64,000 nt of DNA from Eledone cirrhosa (Eukaryota). Under the pieces are notes generated by a model that saw only the letters and a list, made by a program, of their open reading frames with translations, did no database searches and was not told the DNA's origin. This document shows, piece after piece, positions 38,401-52,639 of the stretch. A program made the translations under genes and the position numbers. The stretch spans positions 3,038,001-3,102,000 of the forward strand of contig OZ024744.1 of the NCBI GenBank assembly GCA_964016885.1, written 5' to 3'. How positions within the stretch are numbered: the stretch's first letter is position 1; the number at the start of each line of letters is the position of its first letter.

Positions 38401-41400
38401 AGCTTGGTGAAGAACGACGTTTTGAGGGAAGACAAGGTAGAGAAAGATAGCTTGGTGAAGAACGACGTTTTGTGGGAAGACAAGGTAGAGAAAGATAGCT
38501 TGGTGAAGAACGAAGTTTTGGGGGAAGACAAGGTAGAGAAAGATAGCTTGCTGAAGAACGGAGTTTTGGGGGAAGACAAGGTAGAGAAAGATAGCTTGGT
38601 GAAGAACGAAGTTTTGGGGGAAGACAAGGTAGAGAAAGATAGCTTGGTGAAGAACGAAGTTTTGAGGGAAGACAATGTAGAGAAAGATAGCTTGGTGAAG
38701 AACGAAGTTTTGGGGAAGATAATGTAGAGAAAGATAGCTTGGTGAAGAACGAAGTTTTGGGGAAGACAATGTAGAGAAAGATAGCTTGGTGAAGAACGAA
38801 GTTTTGGGGGAAGACAAGGTAGAGAAAGATAGCTTGGTGAATAACGAAGTTTTGGGAGAAGACAAGGTCGAGAAAGATAGCTTGGTGAAGAACGAAATTT
38901 TGAGGGAAGACAAGGTAGAGAAAGATAGCTTGGTGAAGAACGACGTTTTGGTGGAAGACAAGGTAGAGAAAGATAGCTTGGTGAAGAACGAAGTTTTGAG
39001 GGAAGACAATGTAGAGAAAGATAGCTTGGTGAAGAACGAAGTTTTGGGGAAGATAATGTAGAGAAAGATAGCTTGGTGAAGAACGAAGTTTTGGGGAAGA
39101 CAATGTAGAGAAAGATAGCTTTGTGAAGAACGAAGTTTTGGGGGAAGACAAGGTAGAGAAAGATAGCTTGGTGAATAACGAAGATTTGGGAGAAGACAAG
39201 GTCGAGAAAGATAGCTTGGTGAAGAACGAAATTTTGAGGGAAGACAAGGTAGAGAAAGATAGCTTGGTGAAGAACGACGTTTTGGTGGAAGACAAGGTAG
39301 AGAAAGATAGCTTGGTGAAGAACGATATTTTGGTGAAGACAATGTAGAGAAAGATAGCTTGGTGAAGAACGAAGTTTTGGCGGAAGACAAGGTAGAGAAA
39401 GATAGCTTGGTGAAGAACGAAGTTTTGAGGGAAGACAAGGTAGAGAAAGATAGCTTGGTGAATAACGAAGTTTTGGGAGAAGACAAGGTAGAGAAAGATA
39501 GTTGGTGAAGAACGAAGTTTTGAGGGAAGACAAGGTAGAGAAAGATAGCTTGGTGAAGAACGACGTTTTGAGGGAAGACAAGGTAGAGAAAGATAGCTTG
39601 GTGAAGAACGACGTTTTGTGGGAAGACAAGGTAGAGAAAGATAGCTTGGTGAAGAACGAAGTTTTGGGGGAAGACAAGGTAGAGAAAGATAGCTTGGTGA
39701 AGAGGGAAGTTTTGGGAGAAGACAAGGTAGAGAAAGATAGCTTGGTGAAGAACGAAGTTTTGAGGGAAGACAAGGTAGAGAAAGATAGCTTGGTGAAGAA
39801 CGACGTTTTGAGGGAAGACAAGGTAGAGAAAGATAGCTTGGTGAAGAACGACGTTTTGTGGGAAGACAAGGTAGAGAAAGATAGCTTGGTGAAGAACGAA
39901 GTTTTGGGGGAAGACAAGGTAGAGAAAGATAGCTTGGTGAAGAACGGAGTTTTGGGGGAAGACAAGGTAGAGAAAGATAGCTTGGTGAAGAACGAAGTTT
40001 TGAGGGAAGACAATGTAGAGAAAGATAGCTTGGTGAAGAACGAAGTTTTGGGGAAGATAATGTAGAGAAAGATAGCTTGGTGAAGAACGAAGTTTTGGGG
40101 AAGACAATGTAGAGAAAGATAGCTTGGTGAAGAACGAAGTTTTGGGGGAAGACAAGGTAGAGAAAGATAGCTTGGTGAATAACGAAGTTTTGGGAGAAGA
40201 CAAGGTCGAGAAAGATAGCTTGGTGAAGAACGAAATTTTGAGGGAAGACAAGGTAGAGAAAGATAGCTTGGTGAAGAACGACGTTTTGGTGGAAGACAAG
40301 GTAGAGAAAGATAGCTTGGTGAAGAACGAAGTTTTGAGGGAAGACAATGTAGAGAAAGATAGCTTGGTGAAGAACGAAGTTTTGGGGAAGATAATGTAGA
40401 GAAAGATAGCTTGGTGAAGAACGAAGTTTTGGGGAAGACAATGTAGAGAAAGATAGCTTGGTGAAGAACGAAGTTTTGGGGGAAGACAAGGTAGAGAAAG
40501 ATAGCTTGGTGAATAACGAAGATTTGGGAGAAGACAAGGTCGAGAAAGATAGCTTGGTGAAGAACGAAATTTTGAGGGAAGACAAGGTAGAGAAAGATAG
40601 ATTGGTGAAGAACGACGTTTTGGTGGAAGACAAGGTAGAGAAAGATAGCTTGGTGAAGAACGATATTTTGGGGAAGACAATGTAGAGAAAGATAGCTTGG
40701 TGAAGAACGAAGTTTTGGCGGAAGACAAGGTAGAGAAAGATAGCTTGGTGAATAACGAAGTTTTGGGAGAAGACAAGGTAGAGAAAGATAGTTGGTGAAG
40801 AACGAAGTTTTGAGGGAAGACAAGGTAGAGAAAGATAGCTTGGTGAAGAACGACGTTTTGGTGGAAGACAAGGTAGAGAAAGATATCTTGGTGAATAACG
40901 AAGTTTTGGGAGAAGACAAGGTAGAGAAAGATAGCTTGGTGAAGAACGACGTTTTGAGGGAAGACAAGGTAGAGAAAGATAGCTTGGTGAAGAACGAAGT
41001 TTTGGGGAAGACAATGTAGAGAAAGATAGCTTGGTGAAGAACGAAGTTTTGGGGGAAGACAAGGTAGAGAAAGATAGCTTGGTGAAGAACGAAGTTTTGA
41101 GGGAAGACAAGGTAGAGAAAGATAGCTTGGTGAAGAACGAAGTTTTGGGGAAGACAATGTAGAGAAAGATAGCTTGGTGAAGAACGAAGTTTTGGGGGAA
41201 GACAAGGTAGAGAAAGATAGCTTGGTGAAGAACGAAGTTTTGGGGAAGACAATGTAGAGAAAGATAGCTTGGTGAAGAACGAAGTTTTGGGGGAAGACAA
41301 GGTAGAGAAAGATAGCTTGGTGAAGAACGAAGTTTTGAGGGAAGACAAGGTAGAGAAAGATAGCTTGGTGAAGAACGAAGTTTTGGGGAAGACAATGTAG

Positions 41401-42899
41401 AGAAAGATAGCTGGTGAAGAACGAAGTTTTGGGGGAAGACAAGGTAGAGAAAGATAGCTTGGTGAAGAACGAAGTTTTCGGGAAGACAATGTAGAGAAAG
41501 ATAGCTTGGTGAAGAACGAAGTTTTGGGGGAAGACAAGGTAGAGAAAGATAGCTTGGTGAAGAAGGAAATTTTGAGGGAAGACAAGGTAGAGAAAAATAG
41601 CTTGGTGAAGAACGACGTTTTGGTGGAAGACAAGGTAGAGAAAGATATCTTGGTGAATAACGAAGTTTTGGGAGAAGACAAGGTAGAGAAAGATAGCTTG
41701 GTGAAGAACGACGTTTTGAGGGAAGACAAGGTAGAGAAAGATAGCTTGGTGAAGAACGAAGTTTTGGGGAAGACAATGTAGAGAAAGATAGCTTGGTGAA
41801 GAACGAAGTTTTGGGGGAAGACAAGGTAGAGAAAGATAGCTTGGTGAAGAACGAAGTTTTGGGGAAGACAATGTAGAGAAAGATAGCTTGGTGAAGAACG
41901 AAGTTTTGGGGGAAGACAAGGTAGAGAAAGATAGCTTGGTGAAGAACGAAGTTTTGGGGAAGACAATGTAGAGAAAGATAGCTTGGTGAAGAACGAAGAT
42001 TTGGGGGAAGACAAGGTAGAGAAAGATAGCTTGGTGAAGAACGAAGTTTTGGGAGAAGACAAGGTAGAGAAAGATAGCTTGGTGAAGAACGAAGTTTTGA
42101 GGGAAGACAAGGTAGAGAAAGATAGCTTGGTGAAGAACGACGTTTTGAGGGAAGACAAGGTAGAGAAAGATAGCTTGGTGAAGAACGACGTTTTGTGGGA
42201 AGACAAGGTAGAGAAAGATAGCTTGGTGAAGAACGAAGTTTTGGGGGAAGACAAGGTAGAGAAAGATAGCTTGGTGAAGAAGGAAGTTTTGGGGGAAGAC
42301 AAGGTAGAGAAAGATAGCTTGGTGAAGAACGAAGTTTTGAGGGAAGACAATGTAGAGAAAGATAGCTTGGTGAAGAACGAAGTTTTGGGGAAGATAATGT
42401 AGAGAAAGATAGCTTGGTGAAGAACGAAGTTTTGGAGGAAGACAAGGTAGAGAAAGATAGCTTGGTGAAGAAGGAAATATTGAGGGAAGACAAGGTAGAG
42501 AAAAATAGCTTGGTGAAGAACGACGTTTTGGTGGAAGACAAGGTAGAGAAAGATAGCTTGGTGAAGAACGATGTTTTGGGGAAGACAATGTAGAGAAAGA
42601 TAGCTTGGTGAATAACGAAGTTTTGGGAGAAGACAAGGTAGAGAAAGATAGCTTAGTGAAGAACGACGTTTTGGTGGAAGACAAGGTAGAGAAAGATATC
42701 TTGGTGAATAACGAAGTTTTGGGAGAAGACAAGGTAGAGAAAGATAGCTTGGTGAAGAACGACGTTTTGAGGGAAGACAAGGTAGAGAAAGATAGCTTGG
42801 TGAAGAACGAAGTTTTGGGGAAGACAATGTAGAGAAAGATAGCTTGGTGAAGAACGAAGTTTTGGGGGAAGACAAGGTAGAGAAAGATAGCTTGGTGAA

Positions 42900-45800
42900 G
42901 AACGAAGTTTTGAGGGAAGACAAGGTAGAGAAAGATAGCTTGGTGAAGAACGAAGTTTTGGGAGAAGACAAGGTAGAGAAAGATAGTTGGTGAAGAACGA
43001 AGTTTTGAAGGAAGACAAGGCAAAGAAAGATAGCTTGATGAAGAACGAAGTTTTGAGGGAAGACAAGGTAGAGAAAGATAGCTTGGTGAAGAACGACGTT
43101 TTGTGGGAAGACAAGGTAGAGAAAGATAGCTTGGTGAAGAACGAAGTTTTGGGGGAAGACAAGGTAGAGAAAGATAGCTTGGTGAAGAACGAAGTTTTGG
43201 GGGAAGACAAGGTAGAGAAAGATAGCTTGGTGAAGAACGAAGTTTTGGGGAAGACAATGTTATGAAAGATAGCTTGGTGAAGAACGAAGATTTGGGGGAA
43301 GACAAGGTAGAGAAAGATAGCTTGGTGAAGAACGAAGTTTTGGGAGAAGACAAGGTAGAGAAAGATAGCTTGGTGAAGAACGAAGTTTTGAGGGAAGACA
43401 AGGTAGAGAAAGATAGCTTGGTGAAGAACGACGTTTTGAGGGAAGACAAGGTAGAGAAAGATAGCTTGGTGAAGAACGACGTTTTGTGGGAAGACAAGGT
43501 AGAGAAAGATAGCTTGGTGAAGAACGAAGTTTTGGGGGAAGACAAGGTAGAGAAAGATAGCTTGGTGAAGAACGGAGTTTTGGGGGAAGACAAGGTAGAG
43601 AAAGATAGCTTGGTGAAGAACGAAGTTTTGGGGGAAGACAAGGTAGAGAAAGATAGCTTGGTGAAGAACGAAGTTTTGAGGGAAGACAATGTAGAGAAAG
43701 ATAGCTTGGTGAAGAACGAAGTTTTGGGGAAGATAATGTAGAGAAAGATAGCTTGGTGAAGAACGAAGTTTTGGGGAAGACAATGTAGAGAAAGATAGCT
43801 TGGTGAAGAACGAAGTTTTGGGGGAAGACAAGGTAGAGAAAGATAGCTTGGTGAATAACGAAGTTTTGGGAGAAGACAAGGTCGAGAAAGATAGCTTGGT
43901 GAAGAACGAAATTTTGAGGGAAGACAAGGTAGAGAAAGATAGCTTGGTGAAGAACGACGTTTTGGTGGAAGACAAGGTAGAGAAAGATAGCTTGGTGAAG
44001 AACGAAGTTTTGAGGGAAGACAATGTAGAGAAAGATAGCTTGGTGAAGAACGAAGTTTTGGGGAAGATAATGTAGAGAAAGATAGCTTGGTGAAGAACGA
44101 AGTTTTGGGGAAGACAATGTAGAGAAAGATAGCTTGGTGAAGAACGAAGTTTTGGGGGAAGACAAGGTAGAGAAAGATAGCTTGGTGAATAACGAAGATT
44201 TGGGAGAAGACAAGGTCGAGAAAGATAGCTTGGTGAAGAACGAAATTTTGAGGGAAGACAAGGTAGAGAAAGATAGATTGGTGAAGAACGACGTTTTGGT
44301 GGAAGACAAGGTAGAGAAAGATAGCTTGGTGAAGAACGATATTTTGGGGAAGACAATGTAGAGAAAGATAGCTTGGTGAAGAACGAAGTTTTGGCGGAAG
44401 ACAAGGTAGAGAAAGATAGCTTGGTGAAGAACGAAGTTTTGAGGGAAGACAAGGTAGAGAAAGATAGCTTGGTGAATAACGAAGTTTTGGGAGAAGACAA
44501 GGTAGAGAAAGATAGTTGGTGAAGAACGAAGTTTTGAGGGAAGACAAGGTAGAGAAAGATAGCTTGGTGAAGAACGACGTTTTGGTGGAAGACAAGGTAG
44601 AGAAAGATATCTTGGTGAATAACGAAGTTTTGGGAGAAGACAAGGTAGAGAAAGATAGCTTGGTGAAGAACGACGTTTTGAGGGAAGACAAGGTAGAGAA
44701 AGATAGCTTGGTGAAGAACGAAGTTTTGGGGAAGACAATGTAGAGAAAGATAGCTTGGTGAAGAACGAAGTTTTGGGGGAAGACAAGGTAGAGAAAGATA
44801 GCTTGGTGAAGAACGAAGTTTTGAGGGAAGACAAGGTAGAGAAAGATAGCTTGGTGAAGAACGAAGTTTTGGGGAAGACAATGTAGAGAAAGATAGCTTG
44901 GTGAAGAACGAAGTTTTGGGGGAAGACAAGGTAGAGAAAGATAGCTTGGTGAAGAACGAAGTTTTGAGGGAAGACAAGGTAGAGAAAGATAGCTTGGTGA
45001 AGAACGAAGTTTTGGGAGAAGACAAGGTAGAGAAAGATAGTTGGTGAAGAACGAAGTTTTGAAGGAAGACAAGGCAAAGAAAGATAGCTTGATGAAGAAC
45101 GAAGTTTTGAGGGAAGACAAGGTAGAGAAAGATAGCTTGGTGAAGAACGACGTTTTGTGGGAAGACAAGGTAGAGAAAGATAGCTTGGTGAAGAACGAAG
45201 TTTTGGGGGAAGACAAGGTAGAGAAAGATAGCTTGGTGAAGAACGAAGTTTTGGGGGAAGACAAGGTAGAGAAAGATAGCTTGGTGAAGAACGAAGTTTT
45301 GGGGAAGACAATGTTATGAAAGATAGCTTGGTGAAGAACGAAGATTTGGGGGAAGACAAGGTAGAGAAAGATAGCTTGGTGAAGAACGAAGTTTTGGGAG
45401 AAGACAAGGTAGAGAAAGATAGCTTGGTGAAGAACGAAGTTTTGAGGGAAGACAAGGTAGAGAAAGATAGCTTGGTGAAGAACGACGTTTTGAGGGAAGA
45501 CAAGGTAGAGAAAGATAGCTTGGTGAAGAACGACGTTTTGTGGGAAGACAAGGTAGAGAAAGATAGCTTGGTGAAGAACGAAGTTTTGGGGGAAGACAAG
45601 GTAGAGAAAGATAGCTTGGTGAAGAACGGAGTTTTGGGGGAAGACAAGGTAGAGAAAGATAGCTTGGTGAAGAACGAAGTTTTGGGGGAAGACAAGGTAG
45701 AGAAAGATAGCTTGGTGAAGAACGAAGTTTTGAGGGAAGACAATGTAGAGAAAGATAGCTTGGTGAAGAACGAAGTTTTGGGGAAGATAATGTAGAGAAA

Positions 45801-46950
45801 GATAGCTTGGTGAAGAACGAAGTTTTGGGGAAGACAATGTAGAGAAAGATAGCTTGGTGAAGAACGAAGTTTTGGGGGAAGACAAGGTAGAGAAAGATAG
45901 CTTGGTGAATAACGAAGTTTTGGGAGAAGACAAGGTCGAGAAAGATAGCTTGGTGAAGAACGAAATTTTGAGGGAAGACAAGGTAGAGAAAGATAGCTTG
46001 GTGAAGAACGACGTTTTGGTGGAAGACAAGGTAGAGAAAGATAGCTTGGTGAAGAACGAAGTTTTGAGGGAAGACAATGTAGAGAAAGATAGCTTGGTGA
46101 AGAACGAAGTTTTGGGGAAGATAATGTAGAGAAAGATAGCTTGGTGAAGAACGAAGTTTTGGGGAAGACAATGTAGAGAAAGATAGCTTGGTGAAGAACG
46201 AAGTTTTGGGGGAAGACAAGGTAGAGAAAGATAGCTTGGTGAATAACGAAGATTTGGGAGAAGACAAGGTCGAGAAAGATAGCTTGGTGAAGAACGAAAT
46301 TTTGAGGGAAGACAAGGTAGAGAAAGATAGATTGGTGAAGAACGACGTTTTGGTGGAAGACAAGGTAGAGAAAGATAGCTTGGTGAAGAACGATATTTTG
46401 GGGAAGACAATGTAGAGAAAGATAGCTTGGTGAAGAACGAAGTTTTGGCGGAAGACAAGGTAGAGAAAGATAGCTTGGTGAAGAACGAAGTTTTGAGGGA
46501 AGACAAGGTAGAGAAAGATAGCTTGGTGAATAACGAAGTTTTGGGAGAAGACAAGGTAGAGAAAGATAGTTGGTGAAGAACGAAGTTTTGAGGGAAGACA
46601 AGGTAGAGAAAGATAGCTTGGTGAAGAACGACGTTTTGGTGGAAGACAAGGTAGAGAAAGATATCTTGGTGAATAACGAAGTTTTGGGAGAAGACAAGGT
46701 AGAGAAAGATAGCTTGGTGAAGAACGACGTTTTGAGGGAAGACAAGGTAGAGAAAGATAGCTTGGTGAAGAACGAAGTTTTGGGGAAGACAATGTAGAGA
46801 AAGATAGCTTGGTGAAGAACGAAGTTTTGGGGGAAGACAAGGTAGAGAAAGATAGCTTGGTGAAGAACGAAGTTTTGAGGGAAGACAAGGTAGAGAAAGA
46901 TAGCTTGGTGAAGAACGAAGTTTTGGGGAAGACAATGTAGAGAAAGATAG
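42900..46950. repeat. Tandem higher-order duplication, 2054-bp period (43 monomers)
   Basis: ORFs 42987->45041, 43262->45316, 43800->45854, 44134->46188, 44516->46570. TTATGAAAG marker at 43261 and 45315. Confidence 0.9.
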
Positions 46951-49900
46951 CTTGGTGAAGAACGAAGATTTGGGGGAAGACAAGGTAGAGAAAGATAGCT
47001 TGGTGAAGAACGAAGTTTTGGGAGAAGACAAGGTAGAGAAAGATAGCTTGGTGAAGAACGAAGTTTTGAGGGAAGACAAGGTAGAGAAAGATAGCTTGGT
47101 GAAGAACGACGTTTTGAGGGAAGACAAGGTAGAGAAAGATAGCTTGGTGAAGAACGACGTTTTGTGGGAAGACAAGGTAGAGAAAGATAGCTTGGTGAAG
47201 AACGAAGTTTTGGGGGAAGACAAGGTAGAGAAAGATAGCTTGGTGAAGAACGGAGTTTTGGGGGAAGACAAGGTAGAGAAAGATAGCTTGGTGAATAACG
47301 AAGATTTGGGAGAAGACAAGGTCGAGAAAGATAGCTTGGTGAAGAACGAAATTTTGAGGGAAGACAAGGTAGAGAAAGATAGATTGGTGAAGAACGACGT
47401 TTTGGTGGAAGACAAGGTAGAGAAAGATAGCTTGGTGAAGAACGATATTTTGGGGAAGACAATGTAGAGAAAGATAGCTTGGTGAAGAACGAAGTTTTGG
47501 CGGAAGACAAGGTAGAGAAAGATAGCTTGGTGAAGAACGAAGTTTTGAGGGAAGACAAGGTAGAGAAAGATAGCTTGGTGAATAACGAAGTTTTGGGAGA
47601 AGACAAGGTAGAGAAAGATAGTTGGTGAAGAACGAAGTTTTGAGGGAAGACAAGGTAGAGAAAGATAGCTTGGTGAAGAACGACGTTTTGGTGGAAGACA
47701 AGGTAGAGAAAGATATCTTGGTGAATAACGAAGTTTTGGGAGAAGACAAGGTAGAGAAAGATAGCTTGGTGAAGAACGACGTTTTGAGGGAAGACAAGGT
47801 AGAGAAAGATAGCTTGGTGAAGAACGAAGTTTTGGGGAAGACAATGTAGAGAAAGATAGCTTGGTGAAGAACGAAGTTTTGGGGGAAGACAAGGTAGAGA
47901 AAGATAGCTTGGTGAAGAACGAAGTTTTGAGGGAAGACAAGGTAGAGAAAGATAGCTTGGTGAAGAACGAAGTTTTGGGGAAGACAATGTAGAGAAAGAT
48001 AGCTTGGTGAAGAACGAAGATTTGGGGGAAGACAAGGTAGAGAAAGATAGCTTGGTGAAGAACGAAGTTTTGGGAGAAGACAAGGTAGAGAAAGATAGCT
48101 TGGTGAAGAACGAAGTTTTGAGGGAAGACAAGGTAGAGAAAGATAGCTTGGTGAAGAACGACGTTTTGAGGGAAGACAAGGTAGAGAAAGATAGCTTGGT
48201 GAAGAACGACGTTTTGTGGGAAGACAAGGTAGAGAAAGATAGCTTGGTGAAGAACGAAGTTTTGGGGGAAGACAAGGTAGAGAAAGATAGCTTGGTGAAG
48301 AACGGAGTTTTGGGGGAAGACAAGGTAGAGAAAGATAGCTTGGTGAAGAACGAAGTTTTGGGGGAAGACAAGGTAGAGAAAGATAGCTTGGTGAAGAACG
48401 AAGTTTTGAGGGAAGACAATGTAGAGAAAGATAGCTTGGTGAAGAACGAAGTTTTGGGGAAGATAATGTAGAGAAAGATAGCTTGGTGAAGAACGAAGTT
48501 TTGGGGGAAGACAAGGTAGAGAAAGATAGCTTGGTGAAGAAGGAAATGTTGAGGGAAGACAAGGTAGAGAAAAATAGCTTGGTGAAGAACGACGTTTTGG
48601 TGGAAGACAAGGTAGAGAAAGATAGCTTGGTGAAGAACGATGTTTTGGGGAAGACAATGTAGAGAAAGATAGCTTGGTGAATAACGAAGTTTTGGGAGAA
48701 GACAAGGTAGAGAAAGATAGCTTAGTGAAGAACGACGTTTTGGTGGAAGACAAGGTAGAGAAAGATATCTTGGTGAATAACGAAGTTTTGGGAGAAGACA
48801 AGGTAGAGAAAGATAGCTTGGTGAAGAACGACGTTTTGAGGGAAGACAAGGTAGAGAAAGATAGCTTGGTGAAGAACGAAGTTTTGGGGAAGACAATGTA
48901 GAGAAAGATAGCTTGGTGAAGAACGAAGTTTTGGGGGAAGACAAGGTAGAGAAAGATAGCTTGGTGAAGAACGAAGTTTTGAGGGAAGACAAGGTAGAGA
49001 AAGATAGCTTGGTGAAGAACGAAGTTTTCGGAGGAGACAAGGTAGAGAAAGATAGTTGGTGAAGAACGAAGTTTTGAAGGAAGACAAGGCAGAGAAAGAT
49101 AGCTTGATGAAGAACGAAGTTTTGAGGGAAGACAAGGTAGAGAAAGATAGCTTGGTGAAGAACGACGTTTTGTGGGAAGACAAGGTAGAGAAAGATAGCT
49201 TGGTGAAGAACGAAGTTTTGGGGGAAGACAAGGTAGAGAAAGATAGCTTGGTGAAGAACGAAGTTTTGGGGGAAGACAAGGTAGAGAAAGATAGCTTGGT
49301 GAAGAACGAAGTTTTGGGGAAGACAATGTAGAGAAAGATAGCTTGGTGAAGAACGAAGATTTGGGGGAAGACAAGGTAGAGAAAGATAGCTTGGTGAAGA
49401 ACGAAGTTTTGGGAGAAGACAAGGTAGAGAAAGATAGCTTGGTGAAGAACGAAGTTTTGAGGGAAGACAAGGTAGAGAAAGATAGCTTGGTGAAGAACGA
49501 CGTTTTGAGGGAAGACAAGGTAGAGAAAGATAGCTTGGTGAAGAACGACGTTTTGTGGGAAGACAAGGTAGAGAAAGATAGCTTGGTGAAGAACGAAGTT
49601 TTGGGGGAAGACAAGGTAGAGAAAGATAGCTTGCTGAAGAACGGAGTTTTGGGGGAAGACAAGGTAGAGAAAGATAGCTTGGTGAAGAACGAAGTTTTGG
49701 GGGAAGACAAGGTAGAGAAAGATAGCTTGGTGAAGAACGAAGTTTTGAGGGAAGACAATGTAGAGAAAGATAGCTTGGTGAAGAACGAAGTTTTGGGGAA
49801 GATAATGTAGAGAAAGATAGCTTGGTGAAGAACGAAGTTTTGGGGAAGACAATGTAGAGAAAGATAGCTTGGTGAAGAACGAAGTTTTGGGGGAAGACAA

Positions 49901-52639
49901 GGTAGAGAAAGATAGCTTGGTGAATAACGAAGTTTTGGGAGAAGACAAGGTCGAGAAAGATAGCTTGGTGAAGAACGAAATTTTGAGGGAAGACAAGGTA
50001 GAGAAAGATAGCTTGGTGAAGAACGACGTTTTGGTGGAAGACAAGGTAGAGAAAGATAGCTTGGTGAAGAACGAAGTTTTGAGGGAAGACAATGTAGAGA
50101 AAGATAGCTTGGTGAAGAACGAAGTTTTGGGGAAGATAATGTAGAGAAAGATAGCTTGGTGAAGAACGAAGTTTTGGGGAAGACAATGTAGAGAAAGATA
50201 GCTTGGTGAAGAACGAAGTTTTGGGGGAAGACAAGGTAGAGAAAGATAGCTTGGTGAATAACGAAGATTTGGGAGAAGACAAGGTCGAGAAAGATAGCTT
50301 GGTGAAGAACGAAATTTTGAGGGAAGACAAGGTAGAGAAAGATAGCTTGGTGAAGAACGACGTTTTGGTGGAAGACAAGGTAGAGAAAGATAGCTTGGTG
50401 AAGAACGATATTTTGGGGAAGACAATGTAGAGAAAGATAGCTTGGTGAAGAACGAAGTTTTGGCGGAAGACAAGGTAGAGAAAGATAGCTTGGTGAAGAA
50501 CGAAGTTTTGAGGGAAGACAAGGTAGAGAAAGATAGCTTGGTGAATAACGAAGTTTTGGGAGAAGACAAGGTAGAGAAAGATAGTTGGTGAAGAACGAAG
50601 TTTTGAGGGAAGACAAGGTAGAGAAAGATAGCTTGGTGAAGAACGACGTTTTGAGGGAAGACAAGGTAGAGAAAGATAGCTTGGTGAAGAACGACGTTTT
50701 GTGGGAAGACAAGGTAGAGAAAGATAGCTTGGTGAAGAACGAAGTTTTGGGGGAAGACAAGGTAGAGAAAGATAGCTTGGTGAAGAGGGAAGTTTTGGGA
50801 GAAGACAAGGTAGAGAAAGATAGCTTGGTGAAGAACGAAGTTTTGAGGGAAGACAAGGTAGAGAAAGATAGCTTGGTGAAGAACGACGTTTTGAGGGAAG
50901 ACAAGGTAGAGAAAGATAGCTTGGTGAAGAACGACGTTTTGTGGGAAGACAAGGTAGAGAAAGATAGCTTGGTGAAGAACGAAGTTTTGGGGGAAGACAA
51001 GGTAGAGAAAGATAGCTTGGTGAAGAACGGAGTTTTGGGGGAAGACAAGGTAGAGAAAGATAGCTTGGTGAAGAACGAAGTTTTGAGGGAAGACAATGTA
51101 GAGAAAGATAGCTTGGTGAAGAACGAAGTTTTGGGGAAGATAATGTAGAGAAAGATAGCTTGGTGAAGAACGAAGTTTTGGGGAAGACAATGTAGAGAAA
51201 GATAGCTTGGTGAAGAACGAAGTTTTGGGGGAAGACAAGGTAGAGAAAGATAGCTTGGTGAATAACGAAGATTTGGGAGAAGACAAGGTCGAGAAAGATA
51301 GCTTGGTGAAGAACGAAATTTTGAGGGAAGACAAGGTAGAGAAAGATAGATTGGTGAAGAACGACGTTTTGGTGGAAGACAAGGTAGAGAAAGATAGCTT
51401 GGTGAAGAACGATATTTTGGGGAAGACAATGTAGAGAAAGATAGCTTGGTGAAGAACGAAGTTTTGGCGGAAGACAAGGTAGAGAAAGATAGCTTGGTGA
51501 AGAACGAAGTTTTGAGAGAAGACAAGGTAGAGAAAGATAGCTTGGTGAATAACGAAGTTTTGGGAGAAGACAAGGTAGAGAAAGATAGTTGGTGAAGAAC
51601 GAAGTTTTGAGGGAAGACAAGGTAGAGAAAGATAGCTTGGTGAAGAACGACGTTTTGGTGGAAGACAAGGTAGAGAAAGATATCTTGGTGAATAACGAAG
51701 TTTTGGGAGAAGACAAGGTAGAGAAAGATAGCTTGGTGAAGAACGACGTTTTGAGGGAAGACAAGGTAGAGAAAGATAGCTTGGTGAAGAACGAAGTTTT
51801 GGGGAAGACAATGTAGAGAAAGATAGCTTGGTGAAGAACGAAGTTTTGGGGGAAGACAAGGTAGAGAAAGATAGCTTGGTGAAGAACGAAGTTTTGAGGG
51901 AAGACAAGGTAGAGAAAGATAGCTTGGTGAAGAACGAAGTTTTGGGGAAGACAATGTAGAGAAAGATAGCTTGGTGAAGAACGAAGATTTGGGGGAAGAC
52001 AAGGTAGAGAAAGATAGCTTGGTGAAGAACGAAGTTTTGGGAGAAGACAAGGTAGAGAAAGATAGCTTGGTGAAGAACGAAGTTTTGAGGGAAGACAAGG
52101 TAGAGAAAGATAGCTTGGTGAAGAACGACGTTTTGAGGGAAGACAAGGTAGAGAAAGATAGCTTGGTGAAGAACGACGTTTTGTGGGAAGACAAGGTAGA
52201 GAAAGATAGCTTGGTGAAGAACGAAGTTTTGGGGGAAGACAAGGTAGAGAAAGATAGCTTGGTGAAGAACGGAGTTTTGGGGGAAGACAAGGTAGAGAAA
52301 GATAGCTTGTTGAAGAACGAAGTTTTGGGGGAAGACAAGGTAGAGAAAGATAGCTTGGTGAAGAACGAAGTTTTGAGGGAAGACAATGTAGAGAAAGATA
52401 GCTTGGTGAAGAACGAAGTTTTGGGGAAGATAATGTAGAGAAAGATAGCTTGGTGAAGAACGAAGTTTTGGGGGAAGACAAGTAGAGAAAGATAGCTTGG
52501 TGAAGAAGGAAATTTTGAGGGAAGACAAGGTAGAGAAAAATAGCTTGGTGAAGAACGACGTTTTGGTGGAAGACAAGGTAGAGAAAGATAGCTTGGTGAA
52601 GAACGATGTTTTGGGGAAGACAATGTAGAGAAAGATAGC

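Larger units (their letters stand above)
30270..52000. repeat. Large imperfect duplication, ~11.1-11.3-kb offset, with nested block insertions and deletions
   Basis: ORF offsets: 30279->41506 (11227), 31426->42605 and 32621->43800 (11179), 34580->45854 (11274), 35678->48004 (12326), 38260->49343 and 39502->50585 (11083), 40458->51207 (10749). Offset steps include 48, 1052, 1243 and 334 bp, i.e. whole-monomer blocks. Confidence 0.8.
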
